Of a DNA stretch of 43,266 bases, positions 27,410 through 36,401 are shown piece after piece. The notes beneath the pieces are model-generated. The model had not been told where the DNA came from, searched no databases, and saw only the letters and a program-made list of their open reading frames with translations. A program made the translations under genes and the position numbers. This DNA comes from Methanobacteriota archaeon. GTDB lineage: Archaea > Hydrothermarchaeota > Hydrothermarchaeia > Hydrothermarchaeales > JACRDW01. How positions within the stretch are numbered: the first letter of the stretch is position 1; the number at the start of each line of letters is the position of its first letter. The stretch spans positions 1 to 43,266 of the forward strand of contig JBDRDL010000088.1 of NCBI GenBank assembly GCA_043820925.1, written 5' to 3'.

Positions 27410-27607
27410 TTGAAACTGACAAGATTTGAAAAGGCAAGAATTATAGGCGCCCGAGCGCTGCAGCTTTCGATGGGCGCTCCAAGTTTGATTAAAAGCTCTG
27501 AGAGTTTTTTAGACCCTATAATAATAGCAATAAAAGAACTGGAGGCAGATGTAATACCGATAACAGTAAGGCGGCGCTTGCCTGAGAAAAAGGAGCTAGG
27601 CGAATGA
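27410..27607 (+). CDS. rpoK: RNA polymerase subunit K (Rpo6)
   Basis: [25 protein letters not shown] start after GAGGTGA. Confidence 0.95.
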   Translation: MKLTRFEKARIIGARALQLSMGAPSLIKSSESFLDPIIIAIKELEADVIPITVRRRLPEKKELGE

Positions 27608-28860
27608 TACCAACGATAATCGAGGATATAAAGGCAAGAAAAATTCTGGACAGCCGGGGCAACTGGACGATTGAAGTAGACGTCACAACGAAGGGCGGCT
27701 TTGGGCGCTGTGCTGCACCGAGCGGTGCAAGTACTGGAGAATTTGAAGTAGTGTCATTTCCGGAGAACGGCGCAGACAAAGCGCTCCTAAAGGTTGAAGA
27801 AACCATTGCACCCAAGCTTATAGGCATGGACTCGAAAGAGCAGGAAGCGGTTGACAGTGTATTGAAGGAATTAGACGGCACTGAAAATTTTTCAAATATT
27901 GGTGGAAATACAGCTGTTGTGATATCTCTCGCCAACGCCAAAGCAGCTGCTTCTTCCTGTGGTATTTCCCTTTATCAGCACCTCGGAAGAAATTCAACAG
28001 AGCTGCCTTTTCCATTAGGAAACGTAATCGGAGGAGGAGTGCACGCAAGCAATGCTCCTGACATTCAGGAATTTTTGGTCATTCCTGTTGGAGCAAAGAA
28101 CGTAGGCGAAGCGCTTGCGGTTAATTCAAAGGTGCACAAGAAAACAAAAGAGGCGATACTCAGGAAAGGAACAGCTGCCTTGGGAAAGGGCGACGAAGGA
28201 GCTTGGGCACCTGCCCTAAAAAATGAAGAAGCTCTGGAGCTGCTTTTTAAAGTCTGCAAAGATGTTGCTGGCGAAACCGGAGTTAGAATTAGGCTTGGCG
28301 TGGACGTCGCTGCAAGCGTGCTCTGGGATTCAAGGAAGAGGAAGTACATTTATAGGAGAGAAGGCAAGGAACGCTCTAAAGAATCGCAAATAGAGCACAT
28401 TCAAGATTTGATAGAAAAATATGAGCTATACTATGTTGAAGACCCGATGGAGGAGAGGGACTTCGACGGATTTGCTGAATTAACTAAAAGCGCAAAATGT
28501 TTAATATGCGGCGATGATCTTTATGCAACGAATGTAAAAAGAATAGAAAAAGGTATAAAGAAAAGGGCAACCAATGCGGTGCTGATAAAACCTAATCAGT
28601 GCGGTACTCTGACAGATACTTTTAAGGCTGTAAATGCAGCAAAGAACCATAATTTAACGCCGGTATTCTCGCACCGCTCCGGCGAAACTACTGACGAAAC
28701 CATAGCGCATTTAGCTGTCGCCTTTAGATGCCCGATAATCAAGACAGGCGTCGTAGGAGGGGAGCGAATTGCGAAACTGAACGAGCTTATAAGGATAAGC
28801 GAGGAACTTGCGGGAAAAGCTAGAATGGCATCGCTGCCGTTGTTAGGAGGAACAGTATGA
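27604..28860 (+). CDS. eno: Enolase
   Basis: ILDSRGN, PSGASTG, GDEG, GDDL, SHRSGET. Confidence 0.96.
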   Translation: MIPTIIEDIKARKILDSRGNWTIEVDVTTKGGFGRCAAPSGASTGEFEVVSFPENGADKALLKVEETIAPKLIGMDSKEQEAVDSVLKELDGTENFSNIGGNTAVVISLANAKAAASSCGISLYQHLGRNSTELPFPLGNVIGGGVHASNAPDIQEFLVIPVGAKNVGEALAVNSKVHKKTKEAILRKGTAALGKGDEGAWAPALKNEEALELLFKVCKDVAGETGVRIRLGVDVAASVLWDSRKRKYIYRREGKERSKESQIEHIQDLIEKYELYYVEDPMEERDFDGFAELTKSAKCLICGDDLYATNVKRIEKGIKKRATNAVLIKPNQCGTLTDTFKAVNAAKNHNLTPVFSHRSGETTDETIAHLAVAFRCPIIKTGVVGGERIAKLNELIRISEELAGKARMASLPLLGGTV

Positions 28861-29441
28861 ATGACTTGCTAACTACTCTGGACGACTATCTTGCTGCTGG
28901 AATTCACATAGGCACCCAGCAGAAAAATGCAGATATGAAGCCTTACATTTACAGAGTAAGAGCAGACGGGCTTTATGTGCTGGACGTTAAGAGGACAGAT
29001 GACAGAATCCGCTCTGCTGCAAAGTTTCTGGCTAAATTTAAACCTGATAAAATTCTTATAGTTTCTCGACGCCAGTACGGACAAAAACCGATAGAAGATT
29101 TTGCCAAGCTCGTAGGCGCAAAGGCAATCTCAGGCAGATTTGTGCCCGGTACTTTGACGAATCCCAATCTAGCTGACTTTACAGAACCCGAAGTTCTTGT
29201 AGCAACCGACCCTCGTGGCGACGAGCAGGCGCTCAAAGAAGCAAAAATAATTGGTATAGCAGTCGTTGCTCTTTGCGATACAGACAATGCTATGAGCGGC
29301 GTGGACGTAGTAATACCGACGAATAACAGAGGCAGAAAAGCTCTGGCTATAATTTACTGGCTTCTCGCCAGAGAAATTCTGAGAGAGAGGGGGGAGCTGA
29401 AAGAGGATTTCCCGCCTCTGGATAAATTCGGGGAGGAATAA
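28857..29441 (+). CDS. rps2: 30S ribosomal protein S2
   Basis: [28 protein letters not shown]. Confidence 0.97.
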   Translation: MNDLLTTLDDYLAAGIHIGTQQKNADMKPYIYRVRADGLYVLDVKRTDDRIRSAAKFLAKFKPDKILIVSRRQYGQKPIEDFAKLVGAKAISGRFVPGTLTNPNLADFTEPEVLVATDPRGDEQALKEAKIIGIAVVALCDTDNAMSGVDVVIPTNNRGRKALAIIYWLLAREILRERGELKEDFPPLDKFGEE

Positions 29442-29442
29442 A

Positions 29443-30267
29443 ATGAGAAGCCCGTCAGTGGCCGGTCAGTTCTATGCCTCAGATGCGGCCGGGCTTAGGA
29501 AGCAGGTTGAGGATTGCTTTCTGCACAGGTTAGGTCCTGGTAAGCTGCCAAAGGCCGAGGATAGGGAGCGAGATGTTCTCGGAGCAGTAGTTCCGCATGC
29601 AGGCTATATGTATTCCGGTCCAGAAGCAGCACAGGTATATTATTCTATTGCGAAGCAGAAAAAACCAAATACAGTAGTTATTCTGGGACCGAATCATTCC
29701 GGCTATGGAAGCGCAGTTGCGGTTTCGAAAGAAACCTGGAAAACTCCTCTTGGCGAGGTTGCGGTTGACAGCGAGGCTGCAGATTTCCTGCGGAAAAATT
29801 GCAGGATAATAGATGCTGACGAAGTAGCGCACAGATACGAGCATTCGATTGAGGTGCAGCTGCCATTTTTGCAGTACATTTACAGGGATTTTAGGTTCGT
29901 TCCAATCTGTCTTGGAATTCAGGATTTGGATACAAGCGAGGAAATTGCACAATGCCTTGCAAAAATTAAAGACGCCATAATCATTGCGAGCAGCGATTTT
30001 ACGCACTACGAGCCAAAAGAGCAGGCAGCTGCGAAAGATAAAAAAGCAATCGAACATATTCTAAATTTAGACGAAAAAAAATTCCTTCAGACAGTTTATG
30101 ATTTTAATTTGTCTATCTGCGGCTACGGCGCAATAGCTACCTGCATCGCTGCGGTTAAAAAACTCGGCGCAACCAAAGCCGAGCTACTAAAATATGCTAC
30201 GAGCGGAGATATAACCGGCGATTACTCCAGCGTCGTAGCGTATGCCGCGATTGTTTTTAGAAAGTAA
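29443..30267 (+). CDS. MEMO1 family protein (AmmeMemoRadiSam protein B)
   Basis: VAGQFY, PHAGYMYSG, GPNH, EHSIEVQLPFLQ, SSDFTHY. Confidence 0.93.
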   Translation: MRSPSVAGQFYASDAAGLRKQVEDCFLHRLGPGKLPKAEDRERDVLGAVVPHAGYMYSGPEAAQVYYSIAKQKKPNTVVILGPNHSGYGSAVAVSKETWKTPLGEVAVDSEAADFLRKNCRIIDADEVAHRYEHSIEVQLPFLQYIYRDFRFVPICLGIQDLDTSEEIAQCLAKIKDAIIIASSDFTHYEPKEQAAAKDKKAIEHILNLDEKKFLQTVYDFNLSICGYGAIATCIAAVKKLGATKAELLKYATSGDITGDYSSVVAYAAIVFRK

Positions 30268-30269
30268 TG

Positions 30270-30526
30270 ATTTCTCATAAAGTGAAAGTAGGTTGCTTTG
30301 TATTTCTTTTGCTATTTCTTGTATTGTTTTTCCTTTCTTATAGTGTAATCGGATTTCTCTCTTCTCTAGTTCTTTTAAAATATTTCCTAAATGTCTCATC
30401 TATCTGTTCTATTTCAGATTTTTTAAATCTTGAACCCAGAAGATTCCATAATACTCGTCCATCTATAAACTTCTCCTTATAAAGTTTAACAATTAGTTGT
30501 TTTTTAGTCATAGATGTTCTTCTCAC
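30270..30526 (-). pseudogene. Probable frameshifted small HTH DNA-binding protein
   Basis: ORF 30338-30526 (GGTGA SD, GTG start) ends ...REERN. An overlapping frame continues EIRLHYKKGKTIQEIAKEI, which is HTH-like. Confidence 0.4.
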
Positions 30527-30555
30527 TTATCTATCACCTTTATAGATGCAATGTC

Positions 30556-30634
30556 ACCTAATGTTCAGAGCATATACGACGTTGCGACCAAAGGGAGCAA
30601 TGTCCCGTAGCGTATATGCTGTGTTATACGCTGT
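30556..30634 (+). other. attC-like hairpin ending in a dif-like 11-6-11 site (30607-30634)
   Basis: ACCTAAT...GTTATAC ends; AGCATATACG/CGTATATGCT stem; GTAGCGTATAT-GCTGTG-TTATACGCTGT. Confidence 0.55.
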
Positions 30635-30652
30635 TGGTCGTAATTTGTTGTA

Positions 30653-31510
30653 TTATTCCTTTATCCCAGCCAGATATTCTTTTTGTTCTTCAAGGAGCGT
30701 AAGTTGTGTTTGTATATTTTTAATCTCATATTTTTTCATGTTCAGCCGATATTTTTCTTCGATTTTTCCCTTATTTAGTCTATCTATAATCATTTTGTGG
30801 TATTTTTCATCAATTTCTGCAGAGACATACTGTCTTTTTAAGACCTTGCATATCTCCACCTCTGAACCACTTCCGCCGAAAAGTACCAAGACAATGTCTC
30901 CTGGTCTGGTGCAGGATTTAATCAACATTTCAGATAGTTTTTGTGGGATCTGGCAAGCATGAAATGTTTTCTCTTTGCTTACATTTTTCACTAGATCAAA
31001 ATAAAACCAGTCATAAGGCATTCGTCCCTTAGAACCATTGGCAATATTTAGTAAAATCCGTTTGTCCGTTGGATTCTTATATGGGACTGCAACATTCTCT
31101 TTGTAAAATTTATTGTCATCTGTCTTTCTACAATGCAATATACTTCTGTGAGCAGTTGTAAAGCGCTTAGGAGAGTGCCCTACGTTTGTATTATACACCC
31201 ATGCATAATCAGAAACTTCATAGCATACAGCGTCCAAATACTTTACTCTTAAATAGGCATTCTGTTTGGGGTAATTTATCAAAAACATATTTCCGGTATC
31301 TTTAAGAACCCTTAAGGATTCCTTTGCCAGTTCAATATACCACTCGATATATTCATCAAAATTTTTAGTGTATGTTTTGTCACCATATTTTATCCCGACA
31401 TTATAATCAGGATCTCCATAAACCATATCGACGCTTTTGTCTGGCAACTCTTTTAAGAGATCCATAATGTCTCCCAGAAAAACTTTGTTTAGGTAATTCT
31501 CTATTGACAT
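30653..31510 (-). CDS. N4-cytosine/N6-adenine DNA methyltransferase (beta class)
   Basis: Motif IV-like DPDY near the N-terminus, H.CQIP..L, motif I-like VLFGGSGS near the C-terminus, EIDEKY; ATG at 31510 after GGAGG. Confidence 0.88.
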   Translation of the reverse strand: MSIENYLNKVFLGDIMDLLKELPDKSVDMVYGDPDYNVGIKYGDKTYTKNFDEYIEWYIELAKESLRVLKDTGNMFLINYPKQNAYLRVKYLDAVCYEVSDYAWVYNTNVGHSPKRFTTAHRSILHCRKTDDNKFYKENVAVPYKNPTDKRILLNIANGSKGRMPYDWFYFDLVKNVSKEKTFHACQIPQKLSEMLIKSCTRPGDIVLVLFGGSGSEVEICKVLKRQYVSAEIDEKYHKMIIDRLNKGKIEEKYRLNMKKYEIKNIQTQLTLLEEQKEYLAGIKE

Positions 31511-31515
31511 AGATA

Positions 31516-32160
31516 TTATCCCTCCGCTGGCGTCCACTCAATGCCACATTTTCTCATGAAGCTTTTTAGCCGTTCTGGATTTTTTACTTTTTCTAATGCC
31601 TCCTTGAGTCTAGTGTCATCCGTTTCTTTTGCAACGTATGCAAGAAAATTATACAGAAAAGCTCGTCCTTCGTTATCCCAATAAACTATGTCTTCCATTA
31701 TAAACAACCATTTCACAACTTTTAGGATAACCTCAACTTTTGCGCCAGTAGAGAATGACTTTTCTATATTCTGGTATTTTTTTAAAACGTTATCAACATT
31801 ATTTTCAGAACAGCGATATATCTCCGTTATTGCATCCAATAAATTATTGAACTTTTGTGGATTTTCTTCTTTCTTATTCCTCAAATCCTCAGCTATTTCT
31901 ATGTGACTCCCTTCTCCAAGACCGTGGTCCATAACCACTTCTACTTTGAAATCAAAGTTTTTCTTATGTCCGGGTCTTGAGATAAAAAGCTGTCCATTTG
32001 GCAGGTTTTCGACGGGATACCGAAATACAATACCTTTTCCTTTCTTACGATATTCAACCTTGATGAATGTATTAACGACTTTCTTTACTATTTTATGACG
32101 AGCCAGCGAACCATTTATTTCAATCGGTTTGCCTATTATTATGGTTTTTTCTTTTGTCAT
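31516..32160 (-). CDS. Hypothetical protein, putative restriction endonuclease or defence partner of the MTase
   Basis: 214 aa, SD GAGG, AT-rich, 5 nt upstream of the MTase. Function inferred from context only. Confidence 0.5.
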   Translation of the reverse strand: MTKEKTIIIGKPIEINGSLARHKIVKKVVNTFIKVEYRKKGKGIVFRYPVENLPNGQLFISRPGHKKNFDFKVEVVMDHGLGEGSHIEIAEDLRNKKEENPQKFNNLLDAITEIYRCSENNVDNVLKKYQNIEKSFSTGAKVEVILKVVKWLFIMEDIVYWDNEGRAFLYNFLAYVAKETDDTRLKEALEKVKNPERLKSFMRKCGIEWTPAEG

Positions 32161-32184
32161 ATATTATTCCTCTTTAGCCGACCA

Positions 32185-32212
32185 ATTGCGTATAACTTAA
32201 AATAACCGAACA
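32185..32212 (-). other. dif-like 11-6-11 site, inverted relative to 30607-30634
   Basis: ATTGCGTATAA-CTTAAA-ATAACCGAACA. 32179-32196 is a 16/18 inverted match to 30623-30640. Confidence 0.55.
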
Positions 32213-32313
32213 TGTTTCGTTTATCCTCGATATTTTTTCTATACGCTATCGTTTATATCTTTCGCAAGAGCAGAGGAAAAGTATATTTAATTACGTTAAA
32301 TAAGGAGATAGCA

Positions 32314-33222
32314 ATGGTAATTACTTCAGCTCCCGGCAAGGTAATTCTTTTTGGAGAGCACGCCGTAGTTTACGGCGAGCCTGCTTTAGCAGGCGCAATT
32401 GACAGGCGAGTTTACGTTCATGCCACGAAAATACCGAGCGGGGTGAAGATAGTATCTGACAAATCAAAAGATTTCAGATATGCAAAAAAAGCTGTGGAGC
32501 TTGCCTTTGATTATACCGGAAGAAAATGCGGGTTAGATATAAAGGTGGATTCAGAGTTGCCTCCTGCCTCAGGTCTCGGCTCTTCGGCAGCTGTTTCAGT
32601 AGCAACGATTCTTGCAGTTTCAAAATTGCTTGGAGCAAAGCTCAGCAGGGCAGAAATTGCTAAGCTGGGTCACAGAGCAGAGCTTGAAGTTCAGGGCGCT
32701 GCCTCACCCACAGATACTGCAATTTCAACATTTGGCGGAGTTTTGTTCATTCAGCCGAAAAAACAAAAGTATCAGCGAATAAATGCAACTCTGCCTATGG
32801 TTGTAGGTTATACTGGCATTGAGAGGTCAACAAAGATGCTGGTTCAGAATGTAAAGTCGCTAAAGGAAAAATTTCCAGAGATTGTTAATCCGATAATTAA
32901 GGACATAGGCAAAATAACGAGGGAGGCAAAGCGGCGCCTAGAAAATAACGAAGACGTCGGAGAGCTCATGAACATAAATCACGGCCTGCTGGATGCTCTC
33001 GGAGTGAGCACAGAAAAGCTCAACGAGTTAGTTTATGCTGCGAGAAATGCAGGTGCAAAAGGTGCAAAGCTGACCGGCGCAGGCGGCGGAGGATGCATGA
33101 TTGCTTACGCTCCGAAAAATGCAGAAAAAGTTGCTAGGGCAATAGAAAAATGTGGTTGCGCTGCTTTGAAGACAGGGATTTCTGGAGAAGGAGTAAGAGT
33201 TGCATTTAAATATAATAATTGA
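32314..33222 (+). CDS. mvk: Mevalonate kinase
   Basis: SAPGKVILFGEHAVVYG, GLGSSAA, KLTGAGGGG. Confidence 0.95.
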   Translation: MVITSAPGKVILFGEHAVVYGEPALAGAIDRRVYVHATKIPSGVKIVSDKSKDFRYAKKAVELAFDYTGRKCGLDIKVDSELPPASGLGSSAAVSVATILAVSKLLGAKLSRAEIAKLGHRAELEVQGAASPTDTAISTFGGVLFIQPKKQKYQRINATLPMVVGYTGIERSTKMLVQNVKSLKEKFPEIVNPIIKDIGKITREAKRRLENNEDVGELMNINHGLLDALGVSTEKLNELVYAARNAGAKGAKLTGAGGGGCMIAYAPKNAEKVARAIEKCGCAALKTGISGEGVRVAFKYNN

Positions 33223-33243
33223 TAATGATTAATTGGTGTGAGA

Positions 33244-34299
33244 ATGGTAAAAATAGCATATGTTGGGCTGCCCTGCCAGATTGAAGCTATTAGAAAAATT
33301 GAAGCACTCACGCCCGAAACCTGGGTAAAAAATGTTTCTTTGCTAATCGGTCTATTTTGCAGGGAAAACTGGGCATATGCTTGTTTTAGAGCCCTAATCG
33401 AAGACGACTACAGAGTAAAATTCGCAGACGTAAAAAAATTCAACATTAAAAAAGGAAATATAGTTGCTGAGAAAGATAGCGGCACGCTCGAATTTCCTCT
33501 CAAAAAGTCAAAGCCTTATGTGAGAATTGGATGTAGAGTTTGCTTAGACTTCGCAGCAGAGCTTGCGGACATAAGCGTTGGTGCGGTGGGCTCACAAAAC
33601 AAGTGGAGCACAGTAATTGTGAGAACTCAAAAAGGAATGGAGCTTTTAAACAGTGCAGAAAAAGAGGGATACATAGAAACAAAAACTATAGAAGAAGTCA
33701 AGCCGGGCGTTGGGTTAATTAAAAAAATCGCAGGAGAGAAATATAAGGAAAATTTGGAGGAGGCAAAAAATAGAAAAGCGCTTCACATCGAAGCTAAAAC
33801 TTTAGAAGAAATTAAAAAACTTAGCGAGGGAAGGGGCTTAGCGAATTTGATGAGCGAGGTTGTAGAAACCGGCAACTGCTCCTCCTGTGGTGCCTGCGAA
33901 GCGGTTTGTCAGGACGTAATTAAAATAAAAGATGAGCTGCCGACAATTATAGGAGAATGCAAGGGACGATGTGAATGCTACCTGGCCTGCCCGAGAACTT
34001 ATTTTCATTCGTCATATGAAGGAGAGCTTGGAAGATTCATAAAAATTTTTAGCGTCAGAGCGAAAGACAGCGCTACTTTAGAAAAAGGGCAGGACGGCGG
34101 TGCAGTAACTGCGCTTCTGTCTTATGCGCTGGACAAAAAAATAATAGATGCAGCGCTAAGCGTTAAGAAAGACGAGAACTGGAAGCCTGAAGCTGCAATT
34201 TCAAAGAACGAGGAAGAGCTAATGAAAACAGCAGGAACGATTTATTCGTATTCGACAAATCTGCCTGAGTTAAAAGCAGCGGTGTCGAGCGAGGAGTGA
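33244..34299 (+). CDS. FrhB/FdhB-family (F420-binding) protein, circularly permuted
   Basis: VGLPCQ, IGLFC, ADISVG and WSTVIVRT come first, then CxxCxxCxxxC, then GQDGGAVTALL...AGTIY. Confidence 0.85.
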   Translation: MVKIAYVGLPCQIEAIRKIEALTPETWVKNVSLLIGLFCRENWAYACFRALIEDDYRVKFADVKKFNIKKGNIVAEKDSGTLEFPLKKSKPYVRIGCRVCLDFAAELADISVGAVGSQNKWSTVIVRTQKGMELLNSAEKEGYIETKTIEEVKPGVGLIKKIAGEKYKENLEEAKNRKALHIEAKTLEEIKKLSEGRGLANLMSEVVETGNCSSCGACEAVCQDVIKIKDELPTIIGECKGRCECYLACPRTYFHSSYEGELGRFIKIFSVRAKDSATLEKGQDGGAVTALLSYALDKKIIDAALSVKKDENWKPEAAISKNEEELMKTAGTIYSYSTNLPELKAAVSSEE

Positions 34300-34333
34300 G
34301 GAATGAAATGACGAAGCGACGAAGGGTGACAAA
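34281..34333 (+). repeat. Variant tandem-GA hairpin overlapping the FrhB-like stop and abutting the porC start
   Basis: TGTC-GA-GC-GA-G-GA-GT-GA-G-GA-AT-GAA-AT-GA-C-GAA-GC-GA-C-GAA-GG-GT-GACA. Confidence 0.75.
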
Positions 34334-34885
34334 ATGAAGGAAATTCGTTTTCATGGGAGAGGAGGTCAAGGAGCAGTAACTGCTGCAGAACTTCTTGCAG
34401 TTGCAGCCTTCTATGACGGCAAGTACTGCCAGGCTTTTCCTTTCTTCGGCGTGGAGAGAAGAGGCGCCCCTGTAACTGCATTTGCTCGAATAGATGATAA
34501 ACGCATTAGAATAAGAAGCCAAATTTATGAGCCAGATTATATCATAGTTCTGGATGCAAGCTTGCTCGATGCCATAAACGTTGCTGAAGGGCTAAAACAG
34601 AATGGGAAAATAATTATAAATACTGAAAAAACTGCTGCCGAGATAAAGCCAAAGCTGGGGCTGAAAAAAGAGGCAAAGATATACACTGTTAATGCAACCA
34701 AAGTCGCACTCGATGTTTTGGGCGTGCCTATAGTAAATACTGCAATGCTCGGAGCATTTGCAGGAGCTACAAACGAAGTTACTCTCGATTCTATAAAAAA
34801 AGCGGTTGCAAAAAGATTTTCAGAAAAGCTCGCTGCAAAGAATATAAAAGCTGTAGAAGAAGCTTACGGGCAAATGAAGGAATGA
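34334..34885 (+). CDS. porC: Pyruvate/2-oxoacid:ferredoxin oxidoreductase gamma subunit
   Basis: [32 protein letters not shown]. Confidence 0.93.
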   Translation: MKEIRFHGRGGQGAVTAAELLAVAAFYDGKYCQAFPFFGVERRGAPVTAFARIDDKRIRIRSQIYEPDYIIVLDASLLDAINVAEGLKQNGKIIINTEKTAAEIKPKLGLKKEAKIYTVNATKVALDVLGVPIVNTAMLGAFAGATNEVTLDSIKKAVAKRFSEKLAAKNIKAVEEAYGQMKE

Positions 34886-35130
34886 AAATGGAAATAGTAT
34901 TGGAGCCGGGCACTTCGGTGAAAAATAAAACAGGCGGATGGAGGAATTTCAAGCCGGTTATAGAACTAAGGAAATGCATACGCTGCGGTACCTGCTGGAT
35001 TTTCTGCCCGGAAATCTGCATTAGAAAAACAGACAAATACGAAATAGATTTGGACTACTGCAAGGGCTGTGGAATCTGCGCAAATGAATGCCCGACGAAA
35101 GCGATAGAAATGGTTCTGGAGGAGAAGTAG
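34882..35130 (+). CDS. porD: Pyruvate:ferredoxin oxidoreductase delta subunit
   Basis: KTGGWR, two [4Fe-4S] motifs, [13 protein letters not shown]. Confidence 0.93.
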   Translation: MKMEIVLEPGTSVKNKTGGWRNFKPVIELRKCIRCGTCWIFCPEICIRKTDKYEIDLDYCKGCGICANECPTKAIEMVLEEK

Positions 35131-35132
35131 AC

Positions 35133-36401
35133 ATGGGTCTCGGCGGAGGAGCGAAGAGCGTAGCGATGAAGCGACGAAGCACTCGTTCCGAAGGGAACGA
35201 AGGCATGAGCGATACTCGTGCCCTCGCTTCTACGAAGCGAATGCTGAGAAAAGATGTGATGACCTGCAATGAAGCGGTTGCAGAAGCAGTAAAGCTTTGC
35301 GATGTTGACGTTATTGCAGCGTATCCCATAACTCCTCAAACCTCTATCGTAGAGTATCTTGCAGAATTCGTAGCAAAAAAAGAGATGGACGCAGAATATA
35401 TGAAAATAGAATCCGAGCATTCTGCTCTAAGCGCTTTAGTAGGCGCAAGCGCAGCGGGGGCAAGGACGTTTACAGCAACCTCTTCACAGGGATTAATTCT
35501 AATGAGCGAGGTAATGTTTACGGCGAGCGGAATGAGGCTTCCTATAGTCATGGCAAATGCAAACCGCGCTCTCTCTGCGCCGCTGAATATCTGGAACGAC
35601 CAGCAGGATTCGCTTGCGGTAAGAGATTCTGGATGGATTCAATTTTATGCAGAGAACAATCAAGAAGCTTTAGACTATGTTATTCAGTGCTATAAAATTT
35701 CAGAAAACAAAAAAGTGATGCTGCCTTCGATGATAAATTTGGACGGCTTCTACTTAACGCATACTTTAGAGCCGACTGAAATTCCTGATAAAAAGGACGT
35801 AAAAAAATTTTTGCCTCCTTACGAGCCGGAGTACTATCTAAATCCCGAATCCCCGCTAACTTTTGGATTTTTCGCTGGACCCGACAGCTACGAAGAATTC
35901 AGATACGAGCAGCAAAAGGCGATGGAAAATGCAGAAAGGGCAATAAAAGAAGTGGCAAAGGATTACTACGGTTTGACTGGAAGAAAATACTCGGCAATAG
36001 AGGAATATAAATTAAAAGATATAGTGCTCCTTACAATCGGCTCTGTTTCTGGAACAGCTAAAGAAGTTGTGGATAAACTGGAAAAGAAATATTCAGTCGG
36101 CGTTGCAAAGCTCAGAATGCTCAGACCTTTTCCATTTGAAGAAATAAGGAGAATAGCCTCAAGGGCGAAGATAATTGGAGTAATAGAAAAAGACGTAATT
36201 ATAGGCGTCGACCAAGGCGTGGTTGCTACTGAAATTAAAAATGCGCTATACAACTCAAAATCAAGAGTTCCGGTCATTAGCTTTATTGTCGGGCTCGGAG
36301 GAAGAGATACTCCTCCGTCTACTATAGAAAAGATAATAAAAATTTGTGAAAATGCACTTGAAAAACCAGAAAAAGAAAGCTACTGGATGGATTTGAAATG
36401 A
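35133..36401 (+). CDS. porA: Pyruvate:ferredoxin oxidoreductase alpha subunit (start 35133 through the insert, or 35241)
   Basis: [29 protein letters not shown]. Confidence 0.92.
   Translation: MGLGGGAKSVAMKRRSTRSEGNEGMSDTRALASTKRMLRKDVMTCNEAVAEAVKLCDVDVIAAYPITPQTSIVEYLAEFVAKKEMDAEYMKIESEHSALSALVGASAAGARTFTATSSQGLILMSEVMFTASGMRLPIVMANANRALSAPLNIWNDQQDSLAVRDSGWIQFYAENNQEALDYVIQCYKISENKKVMLPSMINLDGFYLTHTLEPTEIPDKKDVKKFLPPYEPEYYLNPESPLTFGFFAGPDSYEEFRYEQQKAMENAERAIKEVAKDYYGLTGRKYSAIEEYKLKDIVLLTIGSVSGTAKEVVDKLEKKYSVGVAKLRMLRPFPFEEIRRIASRAKIIGVIEKDVIIGVDQGVVATEIKNALYNSKSRVPVISFIVGLGGRDTPPSTIEKIIKICENALEKPEKESYWMDLK
35135..35249 (+). repeat. Type-B element with cloverleaf module C, in frame after the porA ATG
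   Basis: GGGTCTCGGC...TGCTGAGA; 35178-35245 is a near reverse complement of 11695-11760. Confidence 0.85.

Noticed and set aside
30546..30962. 138-aa plus-strand ORF
   Set aside because: Antisense to the methyltransferase and starts in the attC-like hairpin.
6936..35249. Repeats as a CRISPR array or as C/D-box / K-turn RNAs
   Set aside because: They are dispersed with no repeat-spacer periodicity and no cas genes. There are no consistent RTGATGA/CTGA boxes, and the GA loops lack the 3-nt K-turn bulge.
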